DNA from: Catajapyx aquilonaris
Taxonomy: Eukaryota
Direction of reading: 5' to 3'
DNA: 64,000 nucleotides
Assembly: GCA_000934665.2 (NCBI GenBank)
Contig: KZ538581.1
Location: 1 to 64,000, forward strand
Below are positions 39,651-53,201 of the stretch, in pieces. How positions within the stretch are numbered: position 1 is the stretch's first letter; each line of letters starts with the position of its first letter. The notes beneath the pieces were generated by a model. It saw nothing but the letters and a program-made list of their open reading frames with translations. It had not been told where the DNA came from and did not search any database. The translations under genes were made by a program, and so were the position numbers.

Positions 39651-40575
39651 CAGGGGTTAGACAAAATAATGGGGCCCCCTGCAAAAAGCGGGTGAATTTT
39701 CTCATCCATAGTACTCGAAAGTTGGAAAGGTTACAGAGATGACATTTACTGAATTTTGAAGCTTTGTCGATGTACATGGACAGATATGAAGATGACACAG
39801 ATATCACAAGAGGACGGGGAGAAACAAAAGACGAACGGTACCCCCACCACACCCCATTTTTGACCAAAGTGTCCCACCCTTTTCATTTGAAAACGAAAAC
39901 AGTTACAGATATGAACTTTGCTGGATTTTGAAGCTCTATCGATGTCACTCTCTGTGGTATAGAGATGGACCAAAATTACCAACAGGGAGAGGGGGGAAAA
40001 TATAAACGACACCCCCCTTCCTCTGCACTGCTTGAATGCGAACAACGGAAAATTTTCGTCCCTCTGCTAGTTAATGCTAACTTAGCAGTACCAGTGCCAA
40101 AATATGGTACTGGTAAGTTAGTAGTAACCAGCAGTGGGACAAAAATTCGACCCAAACTTACTATACATTATTTTGACCAACCTCTTCTCAGATTTAGTGC
40201 CTGGGAAGGGGGGTGACGTTTCTATTTTTCCCCCGTCTCCCTCTCGGTAATTTTGGTCCATCTCTATACCACACAAAGTGACATCGATAGGGATTCAAAA
40301 CGCAGTCAAGTTCATATCTGTAACTGTTTTTGTTTTCAAATGAAAAGGGTGGGACACTTTGGTCAAAAATGGGGTCTGGGGGGGGGGTCGTTCGTCTTTT
40401 GTTTCTCCCCGTCCTCTTGTGATTTTTGTGCTATATTCATGTCTATACATGTACATCAACAGAGCTTCAAAAATCAGTAAAGTTCGTCTCTGTAACCTTT
40501 CCAGTTTTCGAGTACAATGGAGGAGAAAATTCACCAGCTTTTTGCAGGGGGCCCCATTATTTTGTCTAACCCCTG
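39651..40575. mobile_element. Non-autonomous Tc1-like foldback element with TIRs of about 370 bp (IR/DR type)
   Basis: TA|CAGGGGTTAGACAAAATAATGGGGCCCCCTGC...GCAGGGGGCCCCATTATTTTGTCTAACCCCTG|TA. Arms about 39651-40022 and 40204-40575, each with two GTTACAGA(G/T)ATGA..ATTTTGAAGCT..ATCGATGT-like direct repeats. No transposase. Confidence 0.93.
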
Positions 40576-40907
40576 TATACGCAAACATGTTTTATTGATT
40601 TGTATGAATTATGTCGGGTCTCATCTTGGCACGTGCAAAGTGATCAACGCTTAATACACGTGTTCAAAATTGAATGGCGTTTGTGCCAAATTGACGTTCA
40701 GGCGAATGACTTATGTGTTCATTGCAAATACAAATTATTAAAAGGTTTCTGTGTCCACTATTACATCTTGTCACTACTGTATTGGCTCACTCTTTATGTT
40801 TCATGCAACAGAGGCTCAATATCGAAAATGTGGGTGGTGGGCATCAGTGTGTGGTTTGTTGGTTGGTTTGTTTGTAGTAACCAATTGTATGTCAGAAATG
40901 CATGCAT

Positions 40908-41199
40908 GCCTGGGAGTTCCCTTCCACCTGCGTCGGGAGGGTCTCTGACCTGCATCGTAGAGGTGTCTGGCAACCTAACATCCTGGGGGACTGCACATGG
41001 CCCAAAGGTTAGGACATTGCACATGCACAAGTGTGCCCTCCCCAACAATCCCTATCCCTACCCCATTTCCCGAACTCCTTGCATGGTGACTGAAGAAAAA
41101 TGGAAAAATTATTTCTAAAATTGTGGTAATCCACCCCCCTATAAACCCTAATCGGATTATCGCGGGGTAATAGAAATTTTAAAAAATTAAAAAATTAAA
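40908..41199 (+). mobile_element. 5'-truncated SINE (copy C)
   Basis: Homologous to copy B, with an A-rich tail. TSD AAATGCATGCAT at 40896-40907 and 41200-41211. Confidence 0.8.
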
Positions 41200-43829
41200 A
41201 AATGCATGCATCCATCTATTCTGTACCCATTCCAAACAAACCAACAAACTTTTCTTATATACCGGTACAGATAATAATAATGTTTCGAAAACCAAAGAGA
41301 ATCTGTATAATTTTAAAGTTATGACATGTTGAACTTTGACGGTAAATGCAAGTGCGTTATAAAAAAAGCCTCATAAGGAACTACTGGAAAACATTTTAAA
41401 AAGTGGGTTTTACACATTATGGCCCATATGTCATGGAGCTATTCCTTTAGTGCGCTCCAGGCTCCATTCAATTTGAGCACACTCTCAATAAGAGATATGG
41501 TGACATAGATTATCCCTGTATGTTCCGCATTTAGTTTTGAGTGTCACTTCGATGTACACTACACATTTTACTACACAGACGTTAGGCCTGCTATTATCTC
41601 TATACAGAGAGCACCATATTCCCTCATTGAATTAAAAACAATGTTATAGTCGCGCGACCTCTTCTGCCCTCTTACATTTGAAATTGCTCGAAATACTGCA
41701 TCATAGAAAGTGCTTCTATAAATTCGCCTGTAATTTATCACAGTGGATATAGCACATTATGGCATGTTCGCATATCTTTTAATATGGCCATTTGTGTAAT
41801 AAGTTCTTTGAAATGTGAATGCAGAGCAAAAAAAAAAAGTTACAAACTTGTGGCATTTCCTGTCAGTCAATAGACGTCGGAAAATTCTCTTGCTTTCGCC
41901 TACCATGACGTTGAGCAACGAATGTTATTAAGTCAGAGAAAGTAATCGAGTTAACGAAACGTTCTTCTCAGCCGAAGGAAAAGATGCTGCAGACTCGTTT
42001 GACTCCACAGTCACTTGCAGACTACAAAATGCTAAATAAAAGAGGCACATCCAACAAGAAGAAAGAAAGGAGACAGAATCAGTTCTCCGACAATTCAATT
42101 ATGGAATGCATTATACCCTTTTTCACGTGATCTAATTGGCTCTAAATTGCATCGGGCTAACTTGGCCATATTAAAAAATGACAAGGAAAAATTCGAATGT
42201 TTCAAAGTTTCAGACATATTTGCCACCTTCAACAAAGATTCTGGGTTATGGGCGTGCCTGCCAAAAGCGCATCCGGAAGTACGTTTTACGAACGGCTGTA
42301 ATGGCGTTGGAGCGAGAAAGCTGCTGCCCTCTTTCATGCACTTTCGCTGGTCTGGCACTGTACTGGCTTATAAAAAAACCCTCCCAACAACGTGTCCTAT
42401 TACAACACTACTCCACATCCTCTATGCCGGTAATGGAATGGGCTGACATATACATACACGCTGCTGGTATGATATATAGCGGTGCACTAAAGCTTCCATT
42501 TGTTGCCCTGGCCCTCATGGTGCCCAAGCGCAAAATCTACCAATGTAAGGCTAGTGCATTTACTGCTGTTAAAGGATCTCCAAACTCCCAAGTCATATCA
42601 GTAGCTCTAAAACCGCCAACAATAATTCCGATAGAAATAGTTGGAGGTGCGAAATGAGACTGCAGGGCTAATGATTACGAAGGATCCTTCCGAGGCCCCC
42701 TGGTCTAATTGGGGTGAGGGTGTGCAGCAAGTTTGAGATCATAACCCCAGTCCCAGATGGGCACTGAAAGGCCTCATTTCATCCAATCAAATGCAAAACC
42801 TCGGACGCTCCCTGCAGGAAGGTAATAATGAAAAGTAAACTGTGCGTTAGGTTATGGACAGGAAATTCAATAGAACTGGCGCACTAGTTTAGGGTACTCT
42901 TTTTGCACGGGATAAAAATCGAGACAAAATAAAAGTGGGTGAAATCACCTGCAGTAGCTTACAGTTCGTTTTGTACAGTAAAGTGCACTGTACCTTTGTT
43001 CCAGAATTTTACTGTACGTTAAAAATTAGCAGCGGTTTGGCTCATTCGGTTCGTTGGAATACTTTCCCTGGCCAGCCAGTGCAGTGGAATGTTCGTAGTG
43101 TACTGCACTTGTCATTGAATGCAGCACGTCATAGCTTGTATAACACAATAACAGAGGCATTCAGTATAATTAGTAATGTCAACAAGTGGGAATGAATTAG
43201 CAAATGGAAGTAACAAACATGACGATGAATAAGTTCAACGCGACAGTTCCTACTTCCAGCTACATTTCTCCATCAAGTTAGAAACTTCCACAACATTGGT
43301 CATTTCTGAATATTTTCTACTAACATGTTTGTTTTCAATGTCACACAAAATGAAAACTGACAGCGCGTACATTAATTACAAGTTCATTTAGTCCTTCCAG
43401 AGTATTAATACAGCATCAAAAAAGACAAGCTATGTCCGTTAAAGTCAGCTTAAACGTATTTTGCTGAGATATTTGCCAGGAGCTTATTGGATCCCTTTCA
43501 AGATACGGGATCATGCCCATTTTATATGGAGGATGGAGTACAAGTAGTGGTCAGTTTCGGGTCCGGATTATTACCATCGTTCCGGAAGGGGCAACGTTCT
43601 CGGTGTCAGATATGTTCTGTTCATACGACGTAAAGTCCAATAACAAATAAGTTATCTATACAAGAGGGAGAGAAAACGTTCTTATTATGCGAGAAAATGG
43701 CCGTAAAAGTCTCAAATACATACGACCGGAAGACTATTATCAGCGTGTCCACAATGATACGCAACAAGATCACCCAGTACTAAGGAAGACGGTAGACAAA
43801 AATACCATCCTGGTTACAAAAACTAGAAT

Positions 43830-44119
43830 ACCGTGGAACAGAGTTTGAGTGTCCCAGCCCATTTTTTGGACAACAGTGCGTCCTACCGCGAATTTTACTT
43901 GTCACTGCCAACCTTGACCATCCCTCAATGTAGTGAAACATGCCGAAATTCGCCAATTTTCGCCTGCTGCCACTGTTGTCCAAAATGTGCTGGCACAATC
44001 TCACCCCGTTTGACGGTATGCATTAAAACAAACCGCCAGTATTTGGCGTAAGTAGCACTGATAAACATCTGCATCCAGAAGGGAATTCAAATTATTGCGC
44101 GTTTTTTAATAACACCCTG
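43830..44119 (+). mobile_element. Decayed Tc1/mariner 3' end
   Basis: C-terminal-like peptide ISPRLTVCIKTNRQYL followed by the TIR-like end TTTTTAATAACACCCTG|TA. Confidence 0.45.
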
Positions 44120-47100
44120 TATGCGGTACCTTGTTATACTTTACTCTTCTAACCTTGATTTATGTGAACCAGAGCAAAGGTTCGTGACCTTCCCAATTGG
44201 TGTTGTCGAAAAGAACTTTTGTGCACAAATAATTAGGGCTATATTCCCAGCACTCCAACAGTGAACCTCAAAGTGCACACCATGACTTCTCCGAATGCGA
44301 TTGATATCCGGATACGTAACTTATACAATAGAGAGAGGTCGAGTCAAAGAGAACAAACAGCTCACAGCCGACCCATAAAGTTGATTGTGTACTCAAAGGA
44401 GTTCGCTATTGAAAAGAGTTGTATGAGTCCTGGGCGGCACTGGGAACCATCTTAAAAGCATTTTTCCTGTTCGGCTTATTGCTGCCTCATGTTGTAAGCT
44501 GCTATGCGGTTGGAACAAGGTTACCACCTTGGGATTCGACTCTCCAAACTTTGTTATTTTTTCCTCCTACCCACCCACCCACTTTCTCTTGGCCGAGGAC
44601 TTTTCCAATAAGCTTTTACACTGCTCTTTTCACTGGTGCCTCTGCGGTGGTACGAACTCGGGCAAATATCACGGAAAAAGAAGTTGTTTGGATGTCTATT
44701 CCCACTTCATATAAAGGGCTCTATTTCACCAAGGAGTCCATCCATTGCCAGCAGCTTTCTTTTGTCGGAAGGCTCATTCGTCAGTGTCAAAGGAGCTAAT
44801 AGAACGCAATACCTAAGAAAATGGTGTTGATGTCCGTTCGCGTTTCTACTCGGCCCTTTTTCCCTAGTATTATTTCTGCCTCCTTTTATTGCACAGGATT
44901 TTCAATTTTGATACCACAAAGAGAAGTGGGACGTGCGCCGTCTGTTCTGGATGCTTCCAGGCCTCATTTGGTGCACAACAGAGGTCCTTTCATCCTGTTT
45001 GGGGCCTGTCTGGTCCGAGGTTTTGCCAATGACGTCACAACTGCCATTCATTGCCCAAGGCAACTCCATGGAAACCGTTACCCTTACCTTTTATGCACTA
45101 CATGAACCACGATTCACAGTACACCGTTCATGATTCTGGCTCCAGATGAGACCTGAAATGAACATTCAGATGAGAAATGACCAATGAGGAAGGCTGCCTT
45201 TCCAGCCCGAAAACAAAAATTACAACAGATATGATATGTCAGTTGAAAAGCTTTTGAGAGTAAGTTCTAAAGCGTGTGTACTGTATCTTAGTATTCTTAG
45301 ACACACCAAAAATTAGTGACACGGAAACTCAAAAGTTGGAAAATTCACTTCCTTATTAGTCTCTTTAAGTAACTGTGGTGGAGTCTTAAAATGGCAAGAA
45401 CCTGACAAAAAAACCCTTTCCTTGTGTATACTTCCACGGGCCATTGACAGGGTGGAACAGAATCAGTCTCCGACCTACAGAAAGTTCCGCTTGGGCAGGC
45501 CAACGAAAGGTTAACGAGCGCATTTGTGTAGCTAGGTCGAGTCGACTAGCTTTCCCCTTGGTATAGTGTCAAGAATGAAAAGTTTGGGAGACATATTTTT
45601 TCAGGGGGTGGCGGTTGCAAAATGTCACTCAAGTTAAAAATAACAAAAGTTGAGGCTCGAGAAAAATGGGCCAGCTCTTTCCAAATCTAGACGGAGCCAT
45701 AATAAATGAACTCTTCCCGCCACGAATGATGGCATCTTACGTATACTGGCCCTGACCTACCACTTATACAGAATATACCAGAAAAGTAAGACAGGTAATT
45801 AGTATAGGCCTATATTGCAAATCAATGTTCTTGTGATGAGATACAGGGGACTGAATGTTTCTAATGCACTTTTCAAGTTTAAAATCACCATAAAAGGTTC
45901 TAAAAATCTTAAATAATAATTGTCATTGGTATTGGTATATGATAACTAATTTTTGTAACGCGTAATGCCTGGTAATGCTTACTACAACTGATTTTACAAG
46001 TAATAAACTTGCTGATTACGGAAGCCTTTTTGCACCATGTGGCAACCCATCGAAATGGGGTATTACAATGAGCTAACTCGGTTCATAAAATATAATTATC
46101 AGTGTATGTAAGTCTAAAAATTCAGCATCATCTACCAATGCCATAAAAACCAATTAAGTATTTCAAATTCCTAGCGCCTTTTGTGGCCTTTGAAATTTGA
46201 AACAAATTGCAAATGCAGAACTTTGACCCCAATATCTCAGATATGCATCTCTGGTTTGTACTACTAGTTTTCATATTTCCAGCACACACTATGTACCAAT
46301 TTTACACCAAAAATTTTAGTCGACCAAACAAAATGTCTCCTACTGATTGCCAATAGTACTTGCTAACATTCTTCCCAGATTTCTCAAACTGAGATTGACC
46401 CTACACGAAACCCAAGGGTATGTAACAGTTTCATAGGGGGGGGGGAGGGGGGGGGGGACAATTTTTGTCTCACATTGCCGTGACCGACAGTTCATTTACT
46501 GAGGACCAGGTGGTGGTGGAACCATCCCAAATGCAACTCTCAATCAGGTTGAGATATTTACCACTCAATTTGTCGCCCACGCGGTCCATTACACCAAATG
46601 GGGCCTATTTGCGGATCGTCTCATCGAAATAAGTGCCATATTACACAGAAGTTGTGACCAGCAAATCTCCAAGGATGAACTTGATTTTTTCTTTATAAAC
46701 CCGCACCACACTTGTGCTACTAGCTCACTCCTTTACGACCGCAATAAACTCACCGAGAAAAGTTGAGACAAGGAAGGTAAAGTCGGCCCGGGCTGGCAAA
46801 GAAGATTGCGCCGTTTATCACTTGAAACTTGTTATTGACGACCTTCTTTACACTCCGAACAGGCTAAATTGTGCACTTCATGGCCTCGGAGCCTATTACA
46901 TACCAAAATAATATATTATCCCTGTCACCACGTGTCACCTGCTGTTAACATACTCTCGGTTTGCACGGGCAGTTGGTCACGCACAATGAGGACCATTACA
47001 CTGGGGCTCATGTAACACGTTGATGAGAACACAGCCGCTGAAACCACTTGTCAGGAAGGAGCCAGAATTTATCCTGTCGTATATGCAATCAATGAATCTC

Positions 47101-50100
47101 GCTTGTTCGCCAAAAAGTACACAATGCAGGCGCACACTAAATGTCTGCCCAACTACGGGTGGAATGCATAACGATTATAGAACGTGTTTGAAAGGCCGGA
47201 TAACCTTGTATTTTTACTCACCCTGTAACCACGTCGCTGACAATTAAAAAAATTATAGTTCCAAACATATTACTGAAAAGACTTGCATTCGAGCATAAAA
47301 CTGACGCTGCCGAGCCAACTAGACTTCATTTATAACATACAGCTCTGACGGGAAGCACGATTATTACAGTTTAGGTCTCAACCGCCTAAAAAAATAAAAC
47401 GCAAGGTTGTCAGCTCGTGGGTTATTAACAAATATTCTCGATTGTCCAACCTGACATCTGACAGAAGAATGGGAAAGGAACGGACTGCTTTTCATTTGCT
47501 GCGACACGCACGTTATTTCCAGCGACAAGTGCGGAGCGTAAAAGTGACATCCACAAATGGACGCGTTCGGTCCTAGTTGAAAACAAAAAAAAAGAAGACC
47601 TGGTTGTTTCAGAATTCCAATTCGGCCCAGAGGCATCGTAAAGCTAGTCTATCACCTCCTTTTCAAGCGCGATTACATCCTCCTCTCGATGCCTTGGAAC
47701 GGCTGTTGATTGAATTTTAGGTGGCAAATGACTGAATAATGAAGAGCATTGCATTATGTCACCTGATTAGTTTAGAGTTAATTTGCTCCCGAGGCCCTCC
47801 AACTACGAATCGGGCTCGCCAAACTGAAGCGGACTCAAGGCTTGCAAGCTCTTAGGCGGCCGGGAAAGCTCAAGATCGATGCCTTTATACCAGACATTTT
47901 GTCACCAGTCGTTCTCCTTCAGGCTTCAGTGGGCTTGATCGTTGCGGACAAGCCCCAGCTTCGACAAAAAAAAAGTCTAGCAGTTCCCATTCAAGTGTCC
48001 GCTTCGACTAATTATTTCAGAGATCGCGCTTTTTGGCCTTATGGTGCACGTCATTGTTAACAATACTCCGTGTCTATTAGTGTGGCATAATGCAAAAATG
48101 ACTAAAGGATACGCCAATAATGATTATTTTCCCCTGCTTTATGATTGATGTTGATGCCACCTGAACGTGCTTGGGAGTGCTTTTTATTTATTTATATACT
48201 CAAATATGCGGCTTCTCCAAGTTACGTTTTTACTATCGGCCTCACACAGATGGCGACATCAATGCCGTACACTTTGCATGGAAAGGGAATTTGATCCGAT
48301 TTGATCACTAAAGAGTCAACTGTCAACAAAAAAAAAAGGTCTGCTTGAAAACTGATGTTTTTTTCCTAGTACATGGCTGAGGTGGTTGCATTGTCTCTCG
48401 GCATGGATGACATCAGAAGACGTGAACCGTTACTTCAATAGTCCAATCTCCCAAAGGAGCAACTTCGCGCAAGCCCGACAGTTCTGCCCACGTGGTTTCC
48501 TCCCTTTCCGAGAAGTTGTTGAAGAACCGCCTTGTCACATATTGACAACATGGGAAATCTTCATAGGGAAAACAACAGGATGTGCGCTTCATTCCAGACC
48601 TGCTTCCACCTCCTTAAACTGTAATTTTCCCTAATGAACAGGTTACATCTGCTGATGATTTCTAGATGGCTGACTCTTGTGCAAATCAAAGTGCAGGCGA
48701 GATTGAAAGCAAATTCGAAGGGGAAGCTATCAGAGTATGGGGTGCTGTCGGTCCCATTGGCTCAAATGTATGAATACAGGCATCCGAGATAGAGAGGCTG
48801 GGAGCCAGTAATGAGGAAGAGGTTTGAGGTGCTGAGGCGGCGTTAAAGGGTGGGGTGGGGGTTAATGGAGTCGCAAATAGAGCAAGTTGGCTTCTCTTAT
48901 CGGGCCTTTCCACCCCGTCAAGACGCTGGCTTGTAACCCTTTGGCCGCAGTCACCGGTCGGGGTGAAATGAATTGTGAATTCAACTTCATTAAGGCCGGC
49001 CGTATATCACGCTAATGGTCACCTAATGGTCGAGCCTCCCTTTTCCCGGGCCCCATTCAGGCCCTCTTCACAGTGTGGAGTCCACCGGGGCTCATTCACG
49101 ACCTGCCACTTTATTGTCCTAATATCGTGGCTAACCCCCGCAACCAATTCGACGTCGTTTCGCAAAAGAATAACGGCTTTATCTACCCGCAATCTTCCCT
49201 CACCCCAAAACTGCTCCTATATACACTATCGTTTATTCCTGGATCCATGCGAACGCCCAGCGACTCTCTATAACCGGTTAATTATCTGGGAAAACGGGAC
49301 AGATTTTCCGGACAAAAAATATGCCGTGTGTCCTTAGGGAAAGAAAATGGCAGGGCTAAATATAATTCCAACAAGTGCAGTTTTCTCAGAGGCGGATGAT
49401 GAACATAAAAAACAACAACAACGTGTGACAGCTGCACAATTTCCACTTTAAAAAGCAGAAAAATCCGCTTATATTTTCCGTTTTCTCCAGGGATGAGTAC
49501 TGTATTTACAATTCCCCAGTTTTCCCCCGTGAAACATAATGGAATTAAATTTTGATTCATCAGCACCATGCTCTTCTGAAGTTTTTGCACAAATGGGCCG
49601 AAACAGGCTTGGCCTCTTTGGAGGATAATCACAATCATTTTGACAACAATTGGTTCCGAATTTCCGGGTTCTTTAAAAACAACTGTCAGCAATATTTGAA
49701 AGCGTCTGTAACCTGGAAGCAAAAATCACTTTATAGGTGCATAATGATTCTTAGAGTACCGGTAGTAAAAAATCATCATGTTTTGATAATCATCTATACC
49801 TTTTAAAAATGGCACTGAGACCTGTACCTTTTTAATTGCTCTCTGTGGCGTATCATTTTCATGGGTGTAATAGTCTATAATGAAAGGAAAACAGTGAAAA
49901 ATCCCGCCTATAATATTTTTTGAAAAAAGCTGCCTATTAAAGATTTTGTTGTCATAGCATGTTGGGTTTCCCAACGTTCATTTTCTAGGTAAACCCACCC
50001 GTCGAATGAAGGGGACGAGATTTAGCAAATTCTGTAATGGATTGCAAACAAAGCGATGCATCTCTGGCTGCGTCGGTAATGATCTTACGACTTCACACCT

Positions 50101-51186
50101 TGTTTCCATTAAATTACAACGTTGCTGTGTGCTTTCCTGAATGTCCCCCGAATGTGAGAACGCGTCGCGATATGGAAGTGGAAAGGATCGCATTTACGCC
50201 TTGCGAGTGAGAATAATGAAGAGGAAAGTTTCTGAATTTCATGAGGCTATTACGCGGAAACGCCTAATGGTGTGATTACCATTAAACAAGCATTCGGTAT
50301 AAAATACGAGCCCACTAATTAAGTTTAGACTATGATTCTAGTATGACTAGAAATTTTAATTGCATATAGACAGTAGCAGGCCCAGAGCGCTATCCTGCGG
50401 GTGGGAATTATAATAAAATAATTATGCCGCAAAACAACCCAGTTCGCTTTTGGAACCGGTTCGCGATGCAGTTTGGGTCTTGAACGGGAAATCTCCTCAT
50501 CGATAACTAGCTGGCTTTAAAACACTCACACTGCGGTCTCCCAGATTCACAAATGAAAACACACAATGCACTCTAGTGTGCTATCTTGGCTCATGATTGT
50601 TATATGGATTTTAGATATAGTCTACACCAGGATTGGCCCGGATAAATATATATTTTCACAATTGCATTCAGAAACGAACGATTTATCTTCCTCCGCCTCC
50701 CACATCACACACTGCACGCCGGTAAGCCTATCATCCTCAGTGCTCCATATTTCATTGTGGAGAAAGAAGGATACGTCTTTCAACTCTATACCACATCCGT
50801 TCCTCATGTACCCCACCCTTTCTGTCTCCCCAGCATTAAGAGGATTGCGACTCATCTCTTTTCCGTTAGCCCCGGGATTTTGCCCTGAAAGTCTCCTCGC
50901 CGTCTCCCGACCTACATTGCAGTTAGAAATGATGATGACCGCCATGGATACCTTCTGGATAGGCCTCAGTCGATTCCGATCACCATTCATTCAGCCTTCT
51001 TTTGCAAAGGCCGCCATGTCAGCAGGTCTGCCAACTCCCACATTGCCAGTCCATTGTTATGATCATGCAAATTGCCATGTCCGACCATAAGGCTGGTCCA
51101 CAGGTCATATTCGAAAAATGCAGGAATGATGGGACCAAGTCTCACAAGTGCCCTCCTGTCAACTGCCCTTTCTCCATGACATAGGG

Positions 51187-51189
<3 letters not shown>

Positions 51190-51260
<71 letters not shown>
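51190..51260. repeat. (GA)n microsatellite
   Basis: Read directly. Confidence 0.95.
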
Positions 51261-51264
<4 letters not shown>

Positions 51265-52951
51265 CGTCTAAGAGGATTTGGTTGGGATCGACGTTATGAG
51301 TCGGTAACAGGCAACTGCACTGTAAAAGCTGAGGGAACCAACTTGGCAGCCTGGTATTTTTTTGACGGGAGGGCGGCGGGGGTGGTGGGGGACATGCCTT
51401 TTCTCTGAGGGAAGGCTGGCATAAGGAGGAAGACCCCTTTGCTTTTGCTCATAAATCATCCTTTTGCTTGTCGAGGAAGAGGTTTTTCTCTCTGCCTTTC
51501 TTTTTTTTTGGGGGGGGGGGAGGCAAGGAGATTGGTTGCTTTGTAAAAGACTTCCCCTCCTCCTCCGCCCGCCCACCACAAGCAATCTTTTCTGAAACAC
51601 CTCATTTACGAGGTGATAATGATCCCGCACTAATTGCACTTCGAAGGAAATGAGTGTCACATGCAGAAAGGTTTATCTGTCGGAGATATAAATGGAGCGG
51701 GAGATAACTGGCGGAAATTGTGATTTACGGATGGCAGTCACGAATTTTCAGGTAAGTTAATGGGGTGTCTATTCTGATGCAAAAACAGCCACAATGTTCA
51801 TTGAACGGTGCCACCCACTCTTTTGTTGCAATAACGGCCGAAATATTCAGGATGTGCATTGTAGCGCGAAAGATCAATCCAAAACGAGACCAGAAGCGCT
51901 ATGCTATTGCGACCCGGACTTATTTAGTGATTCATATATGTACCATCATGACGTTATCTTATGAAATAGGTGTCAATATATTATGAAGCAGGTCACACAA
52001 GTTAAGTAACTCACAAAACATAGCCTGAGCATGTGATGTGCAAGTTACGTACGTACTGTACATTAAATGCAAAATAAACAAAGGAAAATAATCAGAAACA
52101 AATTGACAAATCCTCTGACAACTATAATTTCGATATAACACTAACCCATTACCAGATCTAGATTAATCGTGTTTGTAATAAGGTCAACGGGATTAGCTTT
52201 AATTTACAGATCCCAAAGGGACATCATGACTGATAACTGTGTAAGGGACTGCCACTATCCCGCAAGGCAATGAATTGGACAAGCACATCAGAACGCTGTT
52301 GGGACTTTTAAAAGACCGAGACGCAAACCGCACTTGACTGGAATATAGACATCTTCTGGATCATCGAGAAGTTGAAGGGTATCCTGCTGAGGACTCCATA
52401 TTCTGAACTTTCACACTCCCCTGACTATCTGAGGAAACATCTACAAGCAGTTATCTGACCTCCTGAGGCTCTCTGACCTCGGAAGACACCCACAGAAAAG
52501 GGTGCACTTATTAATGGAAGACGACTCAACTTGGGGAGCTATTTTAAACTCTATATGCAGTAATTATCATAGGTTAGGAAACTGGGAAGAGGCTTCTGTG
52601 GCTGACATTTCGAGGTCATCAGATGATCGAGGAAGACTACGCCTTCGCGGATAGACAATTGGTTCTCGGTGTCCAATATTGCTGCGGTATGTTCACCAAC
52701 AGGGAACCCTTCATGTCGTTTCAGATGCAACAATCATGTACACATTCCACGAGTATGGGTTGTATATACTAACTTACGTGTCAGTTCAAATTTAGAGTCG
52801 CTTCCATCTGTGGTTTAGTAGTCTGTCTAGTGGTCTCGTGTCAAACTAAAGGAAACGTGAATTGCGTCAAAACTGTGACAGGATTGTGTTGAAGACCTGG
52901 GGGTTCTATCAGTGAAACAAAACCGTTGGACACCCGTTGTATATACCATAT

Positions 52952-53201
52952 GGAGACCTCGGGGGAAGAACGATCAAGGTCCACCTCAGATGAAACTGAG
53001 ATTATTCAAATTTCAAATTCGAAGGCCTATAAGGTTCTATTGCACATCCCACTTTCGGGGTCTTCCATAGTGACGTATATTATCGTTACTCCACAACCAC
53101 GACCAAACAACCATATTCTAGGTTAGTGAAACTATCTTCTGAGATATGTAACTAATTTTTGACGAAAAGTGGACCTTGATCGTTCTTCCCTCGAGGTCTT
53201 C
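52952..53201. mobile_element. MITE with TIRs of about 33 bp and a probable 4-bp ATAT TSD
   Basis: ATAT|GGAGACCTCGGGGGAAGAACGATCAAGGTCCAC...GTGGACCTTGATCGTTCTTCCCTCGAGGTCTTC|ATAT. Confidence 0.85.

Noticed and set aside
50566..51090. 174-aa and 122-aa overlapping antisense ORFs
   Set aside because: No family motif and no supporting exon structure.
52380..52460. Transposase YSPDL-like motif
   Set aside because: The match is too weak, and the flanking DDE motifs are missing.
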